Source: Piedraia hortae CBS 480.64 | Taxonomy: Eukaryota | Direction: 5' to 3' | Length of the DNA: 64,000 nucleotides | NCBI GenBank assembly: GCA_010093745.1 | Contig: MU005986.1 | Span: 124,001 to 188,000, forward strand | Shown: piece by piece, positions 11,760-21,588 of the stretch | How positions within the stretch are numbered: the stretch's first letter is position 1 | Layout: each line of letters opens with the position of its first letter | The notes under the pieces: model-generated | Database searches by the model: none | The model's input: only the letters and a program-made list of their open reading frames with translations | Told to the model about the DNA's origin: nothing | Made by a program: the position numbers and the translations under genes

Positions 11760-12201
11760 TTTCCGATAGCAGTCAGTCGCGGCTAATACTGATCTGCTCG
11801 CATCGAAACTGTGGAAGGTAAAAGCTCGCGTTACGTAAGCAGGTGAGGTTTGCCTTGGGCTCACTGACCCAAGTGCCCCACCACACAAACAAATTTCCAG
11901 TGGCGATTTTGAGTTCCAAACCCTAAAGCCATTGGTGGGTCAAAACATAAAGGCAACGGTTTCTGAAAGAAGTTAACCCCGGTGTGCAAAGGTGAAATGT
12001 TTTGTTATTGTTAGTTGAAATCGTGAATTGGCTACTGTTAGAATCAGTAATGATGGCATAGGATGGACCAGCAATGATTTCAAGGGCACAAGGTTGCAAC
12101 GGTGATAACTAGCAAACGAATATATCAATGAACGGACGGGTGGATCCTGCTATTATTTCTTCACACCTTCGTCTGAAAACATAGAGCATGCCTATAAGAC
12201 C

Positions 12202-12612
12202 TTAATGGAAATCACAGATGCAAGTACTGGAAACATGATGACAGTATGTGTGACATTTTTACGGGCAAGGTAATGCTCACCTGCGGAGAAATCCACCGCA
12301 ATGGCCACCCGTCCGTCCTCCCTTCAGGGTGAGGCACTGCTCTCTGTCAGCAGCGGAGATGTCTCTTAGGCGATACCAAGTAGGGAAGGCTTACGCGATC
12401 AATGCAGCCTTGTGGATAGATTGAACATATAGTATTGCGTTTCATAAGTTCAGGGTCGTGCTTAAGCAGAAGTTCATTAAATTCGGCTTGAAGTTCCTAC
12501 GAGACTTGATAGTCGTCGTCGACGACGGCATCGACGCTACTCTCAGCGACAGGAGCAGCATCTGCAAGAAGGGCGAAAAGGGAAGAAGAGCAAATATCTT
12601 GGTGAACTGCAT
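12202..12612 (-). pseudogene. Defensin paralogue 1 (pseudogene), 3 exons 12612-12395, 12336-12281, 12226-12202
   Basis: Aligns to the two intact copies; GT-AG introns at the same positions; 1-nt deletion near 12579 in the signal peptide and TAG at 12497-12499 in the propeptide; reconstructed mature NTICSIYPQGCIDRCLTLKGGRTGGHCGGFLRSTCICDFH keeps 6 Cys. Confidence 0.88.
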
Positions 12613-12965
12613 GACTGCTAATGTAGTCGACTTAGCAAAGTGTGTGGAAGGACCTCTGTTTGGTGGAGAGAGACATCGGCCGTCTTATATCTTGATCCTT
12701 TCAAGTTAAGCATCCAGATCCTTGTCTCCAAGACCCGAAGTAGAAAGTGGTTACCAACATTCTTTGTATCCTGACTCGATTCTTAACTGCTCAGAGTTCG
12801 AATTGTCTTCGCAAGTTATGGACTCCGCGAGTCATGATACCAATGCCAAAATACCAACAGACCGTGAATACAAAGCTTGGGCTGAAAACGCGCCACTGTA
12901 TTGTCTATACTACGATGAGATTAACCAACAAACATCATGAAAACATGAGCCGACCATGACTCGAT
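12613..12965 (-). promoter_or_regulatory. Upstream block of defensin copy 1, homologous to those of copies 2 and 3
   Basis: Reverse complement contains TGGTCGGCTCATGTTT, TTGGTTAA, TACAGTGGCG, TTGGTATTTTGGCATT and TATAAGACGGCCG, blocks also seen upstream of copy 2 and/or copy 3. Confidence 0.7.
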
Positions 12966-13964
12966 TGCCCTGCAAAATTGGACTTTGTATCTGCATCGCT
13001 CATTCTGAAGAATCTATGACATCACGAAGGCCAGTTTCTCATGTCGGTATTCCATCCACAAAGGTTGAAGTGACATCACTATAGCATAAACCGTGCGTAA
13101 TTGTAGTCGTGACCATGGCTTAACGTTGGTCTTGAACTCTGCGACAAGCACAACGAACCTCCTACCAATCTTGGGGTTGCGAGGGAGCTGGGATCGTGGC
13201 TACACAGTCTAACAAAATGCCTTACAACTGTTCAGGATAGCTAGTTGTGGTTTGATCCGTTTTAGACGCTATTTGCAATTGCGGGACCAGTGGCGTGGAG
13301 ATTTTAAAGGTGGCGGTCCACCACACCTCTCCAGAAAGAGTAGTGGATGCGGAGCCACAACCGCGGATGCAGGATAACAGTTGCCCTCGCTAACACGGCC
13401 AAAGGCTGCTCCACTCGGAACTTTTGGAAGATCGTTGGGTGGCGCTGAAGGATGAAGCGAAGGATGTGGAGGAGAGTGACACATTTGCCTCGTTTACACA
13501 TATCATACGTCATGGTAAGCACTCCACAATGACATGAGCATCGTCAATGGCGGATTAGCTATGGATGCTAACGAGGTGGAGTAATGCAAGCCTACGAACT
13601 AGTTTAAGAGTTTACAAGCTCTTGGTTTTGACCAACAGTAGACTTTGGCTCGCAAGATTATCTTTGGCTTGTGTGTGTTTGATCCCACAGGGAATTCATA
13701 GATAGTTGGTTTATTCCAGTCTGATTCATGTATACACTGAGCATTTCTGACGTGAAGTCTATTCTCTACAGCTGGGGGTTCGAATGCGTGGATGTATCCG
13801 TATTCGGTGTTTTGCCTTTCTTTAGACTTGCTCCGGTCAAAAGACATGTCGAACTGCAAGGTAACAATCCTATGACCATCCAACTTGGATTCGCGATCCT
13901 CGGCACACGTTTTGAGAGGCAGAAATATATGGTACAGATCGCAACAGCCGATATTACTTCGAGT

Positions 13965-14318
13965 CCATTGAGTAATGGTCGGCTCATGTTTCCACAATAG
14001 TTGTTGGTTAACCTTGTCCTCGCAACAAAGAGTACAGTGGCGTATGCTCGTCCAAACTGTTTGTTGGTATCTTGGCATTTGAATTGCGTCATCATCCGGA
14101 AGCCAGGAATTTTCTAAGTGGTTTCAAAGACATCCAGGCTGCAGAGGATGTTGGTAACCAAGCTTCACATGGCGTTGTGAGGACCAAGATCCTGATCACA
14201 AGCTTGGCGAGATTCTGATATAAAATGACCAGTTTCCCTCCCTCATGGACCATCTCGCTCACCCACTCCAACAAGCAATAACAACTACCACTCTGCTCAA
14301 TCGAGTATATTAGCAACC
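13965..14318 (+). promoter_or_regulatory. Upstream block of defensin copy 2 with TATA-like box
   Basis: TGGTCGGCTCATGTTT, TTGGTTAA, TACAGTGGCG, AAGCTTGGCGAGATTCTG then TATAAAA at ~14219. Confidence 0.7.
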
Positions 14319-14729
14319 ATGCAGTTCACCAAGATCTTTGCTCTTCTCCCCGTCCTTGCTCTTCTTGCGGGCGCTGCTCCTGTTGCTGACGTCGCGGATG
14401 TCACCGATGTCGACGACGGCAACCTCATCTCTGAGGACCTCCAAGCTGAGGTGAATAATCTTCTGATCAAGCGTGACCCCGAAATCGTGAAGCGTGGATT
14501 CGGATGTCCCCTCTTTCGTCAGCAGTGCAATGATCACGTAAGTAGCCAATCATTTGATTCTGCCTGAGATATACCGGGAGCTGACAAAGAGCAGTGTATC
14601 TCATTGAAAGGAGGACGTACGGGTGGATATTGCTCTGGAACCTTCCGCCTGTGAGCAACCCTTGGCCCGTAGAGATATCACCAATGCTAATCTTGTGTTT
14701 CCAGGACTTGCACGTGCGTCTTCGGTTAA
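14319..14729 (+). CDS. Secreted CS-alpha-beta defensin precursor, copy 2 (plectasin/eurocin-like); exons 14319-14537, 14595-14650, 14705-14729
   Basis: Signal peptide MQFTKIFALLPVLALLAGA, acidic propeptide ending in KR, spliced mature peptide GFGCPLFRQQCNDHCISLKGGRTGGYCSGTFRLTCTCVFG with C..CxxxC..GxC..CxC; canonical gtaagt/gtgagc donors and ctgac/ctaat branch points. Confidence 0.95.
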
Positions 14730-15612
14730 GGCTCTACAAGTTTCTTCTCAGACAAGTATGTTAAGAAAAGAAATTTGGCAGGATCGGCCGTCCATTCCTT
14801 TAGTGATAGTTTTTTTGTCAGTTACTGTATCATCGTTGCAACGCTTTGCCTTCAAGTCATTGCTAATTTGTCACTTGCCATTGTAATAAGAACTTCCTGG
14901 ATGATTTCTTCCCTTTTCCATCAATTGCGGCCATAGAAGTCGGTCCCCACGGTGTGCACTATGCCACTCTGTGCACACCTTCAATCAGCCTCATATGCTA
15001 CCAATTCATAACGATGACCTTGACATCAAAATATCGACCGACATTTAGTCACAATGCGTGTTGCTATTTGCATCAAAGGAATAATGCACGCAGTGGTGCA
15101 GTACAACAACCCAGCCTACCCAGAACCGGGGCGTCGAGATGATCAACGAGTCGAGAGGCAGTTCCTGTTGGCCAATAGCCAATGGAGTGCACGCTGCACA
15201 AGCTGGCAACTCTCGCCAATCGCGAGTCGGTACAACACGAGTTCTATAGTGCGGGGCGAATCCCTTGTTGGTGAGGGCGGCTAAACGCGGCTCATATCAC
15301 TACGCTCTTGTCCCGTGTTTTGTGAGCCGAGGAGGATCCAACACCTGCATCTGTCTTCACTCCTCCGACGCTATTCTATGCAGCCAACCACTTTACGCTG
15401 CAAACTCGGGAAGGGGTGCGGCTGAACATCCAGAACCGCTCTTCTAACGTGTGATTATTCAGCGGCAGAGTAAGCCGTGTATTGACATCATGTATGCCGT
15501 TAAGAGCTAAAGCCGCTACGCGGAACTAAATGAAGGAAGATGGATTGTCTCTTGAGGCAGTGTCACACTCGACGTCACTTCTGACGTCAGCAAAAACACA
15601 TGGCGATGTCAG

Positions 15613-15800
15613 GTGCATATCCTTCTTTGTTTGGTCCGTATTTGCAGCACCGAGGACTGGCCCCTCATGGCTATAGAGAGTGTGACAATGACGCTGAAAC
15701 CTACCGACTTCTTTGAGCGAAACACTACTCTCAACATGGCTTTGTCTAATGATGAAAGAGGCGTGTTGGCCGAGGGTTGCACCGCGATGGGGAATAGCAT
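15613..15800 (+). pseudogene. Relic of a copper amine oxidase C-terminus
   Basis: TEDWPLMAIESVTMTLKPTDFFERNTTLNMALS resembles the CAO C-terminal motif EDWPVMP.E...LKP..FF.RNP.LD; no intact upstream ORF. Confidence 0.6.
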
Positions 15801-17034
15801 AAATAGCACTGCGACATTCTCAACGAACAAGTTTTGGGTGGCGCTGAAGGATTAGGGGCGAAAGGACTCCATGGTCTCTATCGTGTCGGAAGAATCGACA
15901 AAGAGGGATTGGCCGTTAACGCCGGTGAGAGGGTTTGACGCATGTCTATGAGCCAAAGGGGAATTCACAAGCCCCTGGCTTTGACTGGAGGTGTGGTTTG
16001 GCTGGCGACATCTAGCATTGTTGTTTGCATCCATTGATGTTTCGAGGGAGCTCTGCAAACCTGGGGTAATCTCAACACAGCAGAAATTCCGGTAAAGGAG
16101 GGATCTCCTCGGCAATTTTCCCGTGAGCTCCCGTCCTGAAGATGCAAAGCCTTGCAATGAACGGAATGAAAATTTTGTGGACCTAGATGAAGTAATGTCA
16201 TCTATGACCTCGATCGTAGAGGACGTCTGAGCCGTATACGCTTGGCGACTCGAAAGGCCATACTCGCGCCTCACGTGTTGCCTATTGCGTGGACACTCGC
16301 CACAGCGGATGCAAGTCTGGGTAAACCCACAGTCTGGACTAGTAAGAACGCTCTCATGTTGCACACGGCGTGCTCTGGGACAGCGTGCATATTTTTGTAA
16401 GTGGCGGCGCAGATTACGCCAGTCATTGCATGATCCATGCTTCTGGAGGAAAAGAATTGGCCCGATGTCTGAACCGAAACCGAGTGCAGATATATCACGT
16501 GACATTTGCGCACAACTTCCCCATATATTTTGCGGGGAATAGGGAAAACCCTTGCAGGGAATTTGATTCGATTAGATTTTGTCAGTTGTAAAATCTAACT
16601 AAATTGTACGATGTAGTCTGAACCGTTTGCGTCTTGTTTTCCAATCCTTCTTGGGAACATGGTGAAACTGCATATAGACAGTTGCCTGTCAAATAGGCGG
16701 TTTATAGGCCGCCACGCGGATCAGAGAAATCCTATACGATGGAAAGTTGGTGTGGTTTGGCCGTATAGTCACACCGCTCATATAGTATCATGTATGTAAT
16801 GGGCATTCATTGCCGATCCGAATTCTGCCTTATGCAGCATATGTTTAATCCCGTAGTCTGTTCCATGTCCAGTGCTTTGCGTTTCGACCAACTCCCTCCC
16901 CAGGACATGTTGAATCGCATCACTTCTCTACCTAGCAAAGTAACAACTCCATGCCCATCCCACATTGATCCCTGAACCTCAGCATATGCCTTGATAGGCT
17001 AACATACAAGCTGCAATTATCGACCCTTCCTCGT

Positions 17035-17397
17035 GGCCATTGAGTAGTGGTCAGTTCACGTTTCCAAAATGGTTGATTAACCTTATCCTTGCATTAAATA
17101 GTACAGTGGCGCACGCTTGGCCCAATCATTGTACTTACACTCTGGATGGCATTCCATCCTGGTGACTTCACATGCTAGGATAATTCGACCTTTTGAGTAG
17201 TTACAGAGCGAACCAGGCTGCATATGATGTTGGTGACCAGTCTCCACATTTAGTCGTAGGGGAAAGGATATTGATCCCAAGCTTGGCGAGATTCTGGTAT
17301 AAGACGGCCGGATGTCCCCCCCTCAAGGGCCACCTCACTCGCAAACCTCAACAAGCAAATCAATTACCAATCTACCCAATTGACTTCATCAGCAATC
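17035..17397 (+). promoter_or_regulatory. Upstream block of defensin copy 3
   Basis: CCATTGAGTAGTGGTC, TTGATTAACCTT, GTACAGTGGCG, AAGCTTGGCGAGATTCTGGTATAAGACGGCCG shared with copies 1 and/or 2. Confidence 0.7.
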
Positions 17398-17787
17398 ATG
17401 AAGTTCACCAACGTCTTTGCTCTTCTTCCAGTCTTCGCTCTTCTTGCGGGCGCCGCTCCTGTCGCTGACGCCGACGACGGCTATCAAATCTCGGAAGACC
17501 TCCAGGCTGAGGTGAATGACCTTCTGACCAAGCGCGACCCCGAAATCGTGAAGCGTGGATTCGGATGTCCCCTCTTTCGTCAGCAGTGCAATGATCACGT
17601 AAGTAGTCAATCCTTGATTCTGCCTGAGATATACCGGGAACTGACAAAGAGCAGTGTATCTCATTGAAAGGAGGACGTACGGGTGGATATTGCTCTGGAA
17701 CGTTCCGCACGTGAGCATATGCTTGCCTGTGAAGATGTCACCAATGCTGACCCCGTGTTTAGGACTTGCACGTGCGTCTTCGGTTAA
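17398..17787 (+). CDS. Secreted CS-alpha-beta defensin precursor, copy 3; exons 17398-17598, 17655-17710, 17763-17787
   Basis: Signal peptide MKFTNVFALLPVFALLAGA, acidic propeptide-KR, mature GFGCPLFRQQCNDHCISLKGGRTGGYCSGTFRTTCTCVFG; same intron positions as copy 2. Confidence 0.95.
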
Positions 17788-18528
17788 AGATTCACAGTCA
17801 TAGCCTCGGGCAGGTGAGTTGAGAAGATATAGGCAGGATCCGGCCGTCCACTCGTTTGATAGTTTTTTATGTCAGTCTCCACCGTTGCAACGCTATGCTT
17901 GGAGCCTGTTGCAGGCTAATCTTGTGCCATTGCAGTATGAAGCATTTGAATAAGTAAGTTAGAGTTTCCTCAAAGATACGATAGGGTTTTCTCCCTGTGG
18001 ATTGCAAACGTGTTTCATTTTGAGCAATGTGCAATGTGAGTGCGCCGAAACAGGTGTTCACAATGCTACAATTTCGTCGAATGTTGTTGAGTGACGTCCC
18101 AAGTGGATTGGGACGGCGCAGATTGAGAGGTGCACCTCCGATCTGTACAAACATGACCTCGCAGAATACTATCCAAAATATCAATGAAACAGCATCAGCG
18201 ATCCTTCTATCACTGTATCAATTAACAACCCACCTGGTCCCTGCAATAGAAAACTCTTGGTTGATATGTATGTCCGAGCAAGGGTTCCTCATTTTTGAGT
18301 CAGACAGGTCCTTGCAAATACCTTTGAGGGTTCGATAAAAACCATCTCGCTCGACAACGGTCTACAGGTTTCACTCACTGTCACATCCCGAAATCAAGAG
18401 CAACTACGCCTTGTCTCATGATGTTCTGTGTGCAATCGCCCCCTGTGGCCGCTATGGGTACTCCTACTTATTAATCGCAACTACTACACTGCAAAGTGAA
18501 AAATCCACCCAACGCCATGCTAACCCAT

Positions 18529-19812
18529 TTATTGCTGCTGACATTGCATTCCCTCAGCACCGTCTTCATCCTCCCACTCCGCACCACCTCTGGGATCACC
18601 TGAGCCTGCACCGAAATCCTCCATAGACCCTTCCTCAAAGGCAACCTCGTCCACCTCTTCTGGCTCTTCATCAACAGCATGAATCTCATCCTTTGGCAAA
18701 ACAGCACGAACAGCATCTACAGCAGCCTGATCCTCGAGCCAACCATCCTCGGGGAATTTAATCACAACGGTGAAGTAAAGATCACCTTTGAGCTCCGACT
18801 TCTTAATAGGCATGCCCTCGCCACGCACGCGGAGAACCTCACCGGGCCGGAGGACCTTGCCTTTAGGCTGGGTGACGTGCAGCTTAATACCCCTACCATC
18901 GAGGTGAGTGAGTACGACTCTGTCAAAGCCCGTAAGGGCCTCTGCTAGGGTAATATTTAGATCAGCCTGAAGGTCAGGACCTGCGCGAGCAAAGGTCTCA
19001 TGTTGCACCTCGACCAGAGTGAAGATGATATCGCCCGGTTCGTCGTCTTCGGGAGTCTGGTCTGCTTCGCCTTTGAGAACTATTCTGTCGCCTTCGCAGC
19101 TGCCACGCGGAATGTACAACTCCAAAAGCTTCTTCTGCTTAACTGTTCGCTCGCCCTTGCATTTCTTGCATTTATCTTTGTCGACGTAGAAGCTGCCCTT
19201 GCCGTGACATGTACTGCACGGTACCGTCTCCTGTGTGACGAGACCCGGACCGACAGGCCTCAGCCGCGACGTCATGCCTCGTCCCTTACAGCTGTCACAT
19301 TCCTTGGCCTTGGCCTTTTCCTTTCCACCAGACCCTTTGCAGTGGTCGCAGATAACGTTCTTTGTGCTTGAAAACTTGGTTGTCTTGCCCTTGTACAACT
19401 CGGCGAGGGTGACTTCGTATTGCTGGACTTCGCTGCGTCCTTTGGGATGACGTCTGGGGCCAGTAGGTCCGCCGGGCATGGAGCCACCCTGGCCAAACAT
19501 TTGCGCGAGGAAGTCGTCGAGGTCTGGGCCAGCACCGCCGGGGAATCCGGCATTGGCTTTATCAAATGCAGCCATACCATGTTGGTCATAGAGCGCGCGG
19601 TTATTATCATCACTGAGAATCTCATACGCGCGCGAAATGCTCTTGAATTTGATTTCCGCGCTCTCGCGTTCTTCCTGGGGGACTTTATCTGGATGGTTTG
19701 CAAGAGCCGCCTTGTGATAAGCACGTTTGATCTCGCTCTTTGACGCTGTACGCGAGATTTGGAGCACCTCATAGAGATCCTGCTCTTCTTCTTTCCCCTT
19801 GCTGGCGTCCAT
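18529..19812 (-). CDS. Type I DnaJ co-chaperone (Xdj1/Ydj1/Mas5-like), CaaX-terminated
   Basis: J domain with HPD, four CxxCxGxG-type zinc motifs, C-terminal CQQQ; ATG at 19812. Confidence 0.92.
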   Translation of the reverse strand: MDASKGKEEEQDLYEVLQISRTASKSEIKRAYHKAALANHPDKVPQEERESAEIKFKSISRAYEILSDDNNRALYDQHGMAAFDKANAGFPGGAGPDLDDFLAQMFGQGGSMPGGPTGPRRHPKGRSEVQQYEVTLAELYKGKTTKFSSTKNVICDHCKGSGGKEKAKAKECDSCKGRGMTSRLRPVGPGLVTQETVPCSTCHGKGSFYVDKDKCKKCKGERTVKQKKLLELYIPRGSCEGDRIVLKGEADQTPEDDEPGDIIFTLVEVQHETFARAGPDLQADLNITLAEALTGFDRVVLTHLDGRGIKLHVTQPKGKVLRPGEVLRVRGEGMPIKKSELKGDLYFTVVIKFPEDGWLEDQAAVDAVRAVLPKDEIHAVDEEPEEVDEVAFEEGSMEDFGAGSGDPRGGAEWEDEDGAEGMQCQQQ

Positions 19813-19951
19813 GTTGATAGTGAGCAGATACGAGACTCCAAACACCAAACTTTTTCATGACGACACCTTCCAAATCGGGACTAGCCGCAAACGGTTCGCT
19901 CAAGTGTCACGATAGCGGCCGCGTGCGGCCGACGCACCTCACCTCCTGCCA

Positions 19952-21562
19952 ATGCTCTCGAGCAGAGGGAGCCTCATCCTGAAGCGATTCCACGGGGCAT
20001 TATCGCGAGCACCCGTCCTCCCCCGCCCCGGAATAGCCGTCCGAACGCGATTCGCTCCTTCGCCCACAGGATTCCTCCACCTCGGCGGGCTGCGCACAGC
20101 GCTATACAGCTTTCTCCTCGCACGCCGGACCGGAGGGGAATTCATCCTCCGCATCGAAGACACCGATCACAAACGTCTGGTCCCTGCCGCTGAAGCACGT
20201 CTCCTTTCCGACCTCCACTGGGCCGGCCTATCATGGGATGAAGGTCCAGATATAAACGGGCCGTATGGACCCTATCGCCAATCCAACCGCGCGGACATCT
20301 ACACCACCCACGCAAACCAACTCATCCACAAGGGAAAAGCGTACAGATGTTTCTGCCCTCCGCAGCGCGTAAAGGAAGACTTCGTAACGAGCGACTGCTA
20401 CCAGTCCTGCAATACGCTGAATAAAGACGCTAGCGCGGAAAAGGCACATAGGGGGGAGAAGTTCACAGTCCGTCTCTCTCCGCTGCGAACCTCAAGACAG
20501 AAATTCCCGGATTTGGTATATGGGAATATCAAACCCCTTACGCGGAGCGGCTCTACCGCGGGAGAGATCCTATTAAAGTCGAATGGGATGCCGACGTATC
20601 ATCTTGCTAATGTGGTGGATGATCATTTAATGGCGATTACCCATGTTGTGAGGGGAAGCGAGTGGATGGCTTCAACGCCGCTGCATTACCACCTCTACGA
20701 TGCGTTTGGGTGGCAGCCCCCTTCGTTTGCTCATGTTGGGCTCTTGGCAGATGAAAAGGGGCGGAAACTTTCAAAACGATCTGCGGATGGTGAGGTTGAG
20801 TGGAGTTTGAGTTCACTAAAGGAGAATTGTGTTTTGCCCGCTGCGTTGACGAATTTTGTGGCGTTGTTGGGTTGGTCGAATCCGACGAGGTCGGATGTTC
20901 TGTCGTTAAGTCAGTTAGGGGAGGTTTTTGATCTAAAGTTTACGAGAGGAAATGCGACGGTGCAGAGTGGGAAGTTGTGGTATCTGCAGAAGAAACATGT
21001 TGCGCTTCTTGCCAAGGGAGTTAGGGAGGGTGGGAGTAGGGAGGCGTTGCAGCCATTGGTTGCGCCAATGATGCAGGTTGTTAGGGAAAGGTTCCCGGAC
21101 TTTGTGGCTCAACGAGGGGAAGTGGATTTGCAACGATATTGTGAAGATGTCATCTTGGCCGATGAGAGGAATTTTACGTCTCCTCGTGCGTTTTTGGAGA
21201 GGAATAAGTTTTTCTTTGCATGGGATAACAGTGGGGATTCTCCCTCGGTTTTGGAACAGGTAGAGTCTTGCGTCGAAGAAATGATGAATGCTCTTCAAGA
21301 AAAAAATGATTCCTATTCCACAGACTCCGAGGGCTTGTGGTTTGACAATGTTGCCAAGCGAATAATGGCCAGTCTCAACACTAAAGTGGAGGAAATCACA
21401 CCAGACATGGAGAAGCAGAATACGTTGAAAAGGGACGTTTCCCAGTTTCTCCGCCTCAGACTAAGTGACGGCCTACCCGGCCCCAGTATTGGCGTCTTAA
21501 TGGCCATACTAGGCTGCGAAGAATGTCGTCGACGCATCAAAAGATATATCAATAATCTGTAA
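19952..21562 (+). CDS. MSE1: Mitochondrial glutamyl-tRNA synthetase
   Basis: RTRFAPSPTGFLHLGG (HIGH), LRIEDTD, THVVRGSEW, KLSKR; Arg-rich N-terminal presequence. Confidence 0.93.
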   Translation: MLSSRGSLILKRFHGALSRAPVLPRPGIAVRTRFAPSPTGFLHLGGLRTALYSFLLARRTGGEFILRIEDTDHKRLVPAAEARLLSDLHWAGLSWDEGPDINGPYGPYRQSNRADIYTTHANQLIHKGKAYRCFCPPQRVKEDFVTSDCYQSCNTLNKDASAEKAHRGEKFTVRLSPLRTSRQKFPDLVYGNIKPLTRSGSTAGEILLKSNGMPTYHLANVVDDHLMAITHVVRGSEWMASTPLHYHLYDAFGWQPPSFAHVGLLADEKGRKLSKRSADGEVEWSLSSLKENCVLPAALTNFVALLGWSNPTRSDVLSLSQLGEVFDLKFTRGNATVQSGKLWYLQKKHVALLAKGVREGGSREALQPLVAPMMQVVRERFPDFVAQRGEVDLQRYCEDVILADERNFTSPRAFLERNKFFFAWDNSGDSPSVLEQVESCVEEMMNALQEKNDSYSTDSEGLWFDNVAKRIMASLNTKVEEITPDMEKQNTLKRDVSQFLRLRLSDGLPGPSIGVLMAILGCEECRRRIKRYINNL

Positions 21563-21588
21563 TCATGTACACAATCATGCGACCAGTA

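Noticed and set aside
13000..14078. ORFs 13599-14078, 13304-13522 and neighbours as immunity or accessory genes for the defensins
   Set aside because: No recognisable domain; part overlaps the duplicated promoter block whose other copies do not keep the frame; fungi lack lipid II so immunity is not expected
15852..16591. 217-aa minus-strand ORF and overlapping plus-strand ORFs
   Set aside because: Random-like composition and no motifs; could be another relic but cannot be supported without a search
12050..17940. RIP or transposon origin for the defensin repeats
   Set aside because: No transposase or RT motifs, terminal repeats or target-site duplications seen; the inactivating changes (a deletion and a probable G-to-T) are not RIP-type C-to-T
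19916..19931. Inverted repeat CGGCCGC-GT-GCGGCCG in the DnaJ/MSE1 promoter as a Zn2Cys6 site
   Set aside because: Real but short and GC-rich; a single occurrence does not support a functional call
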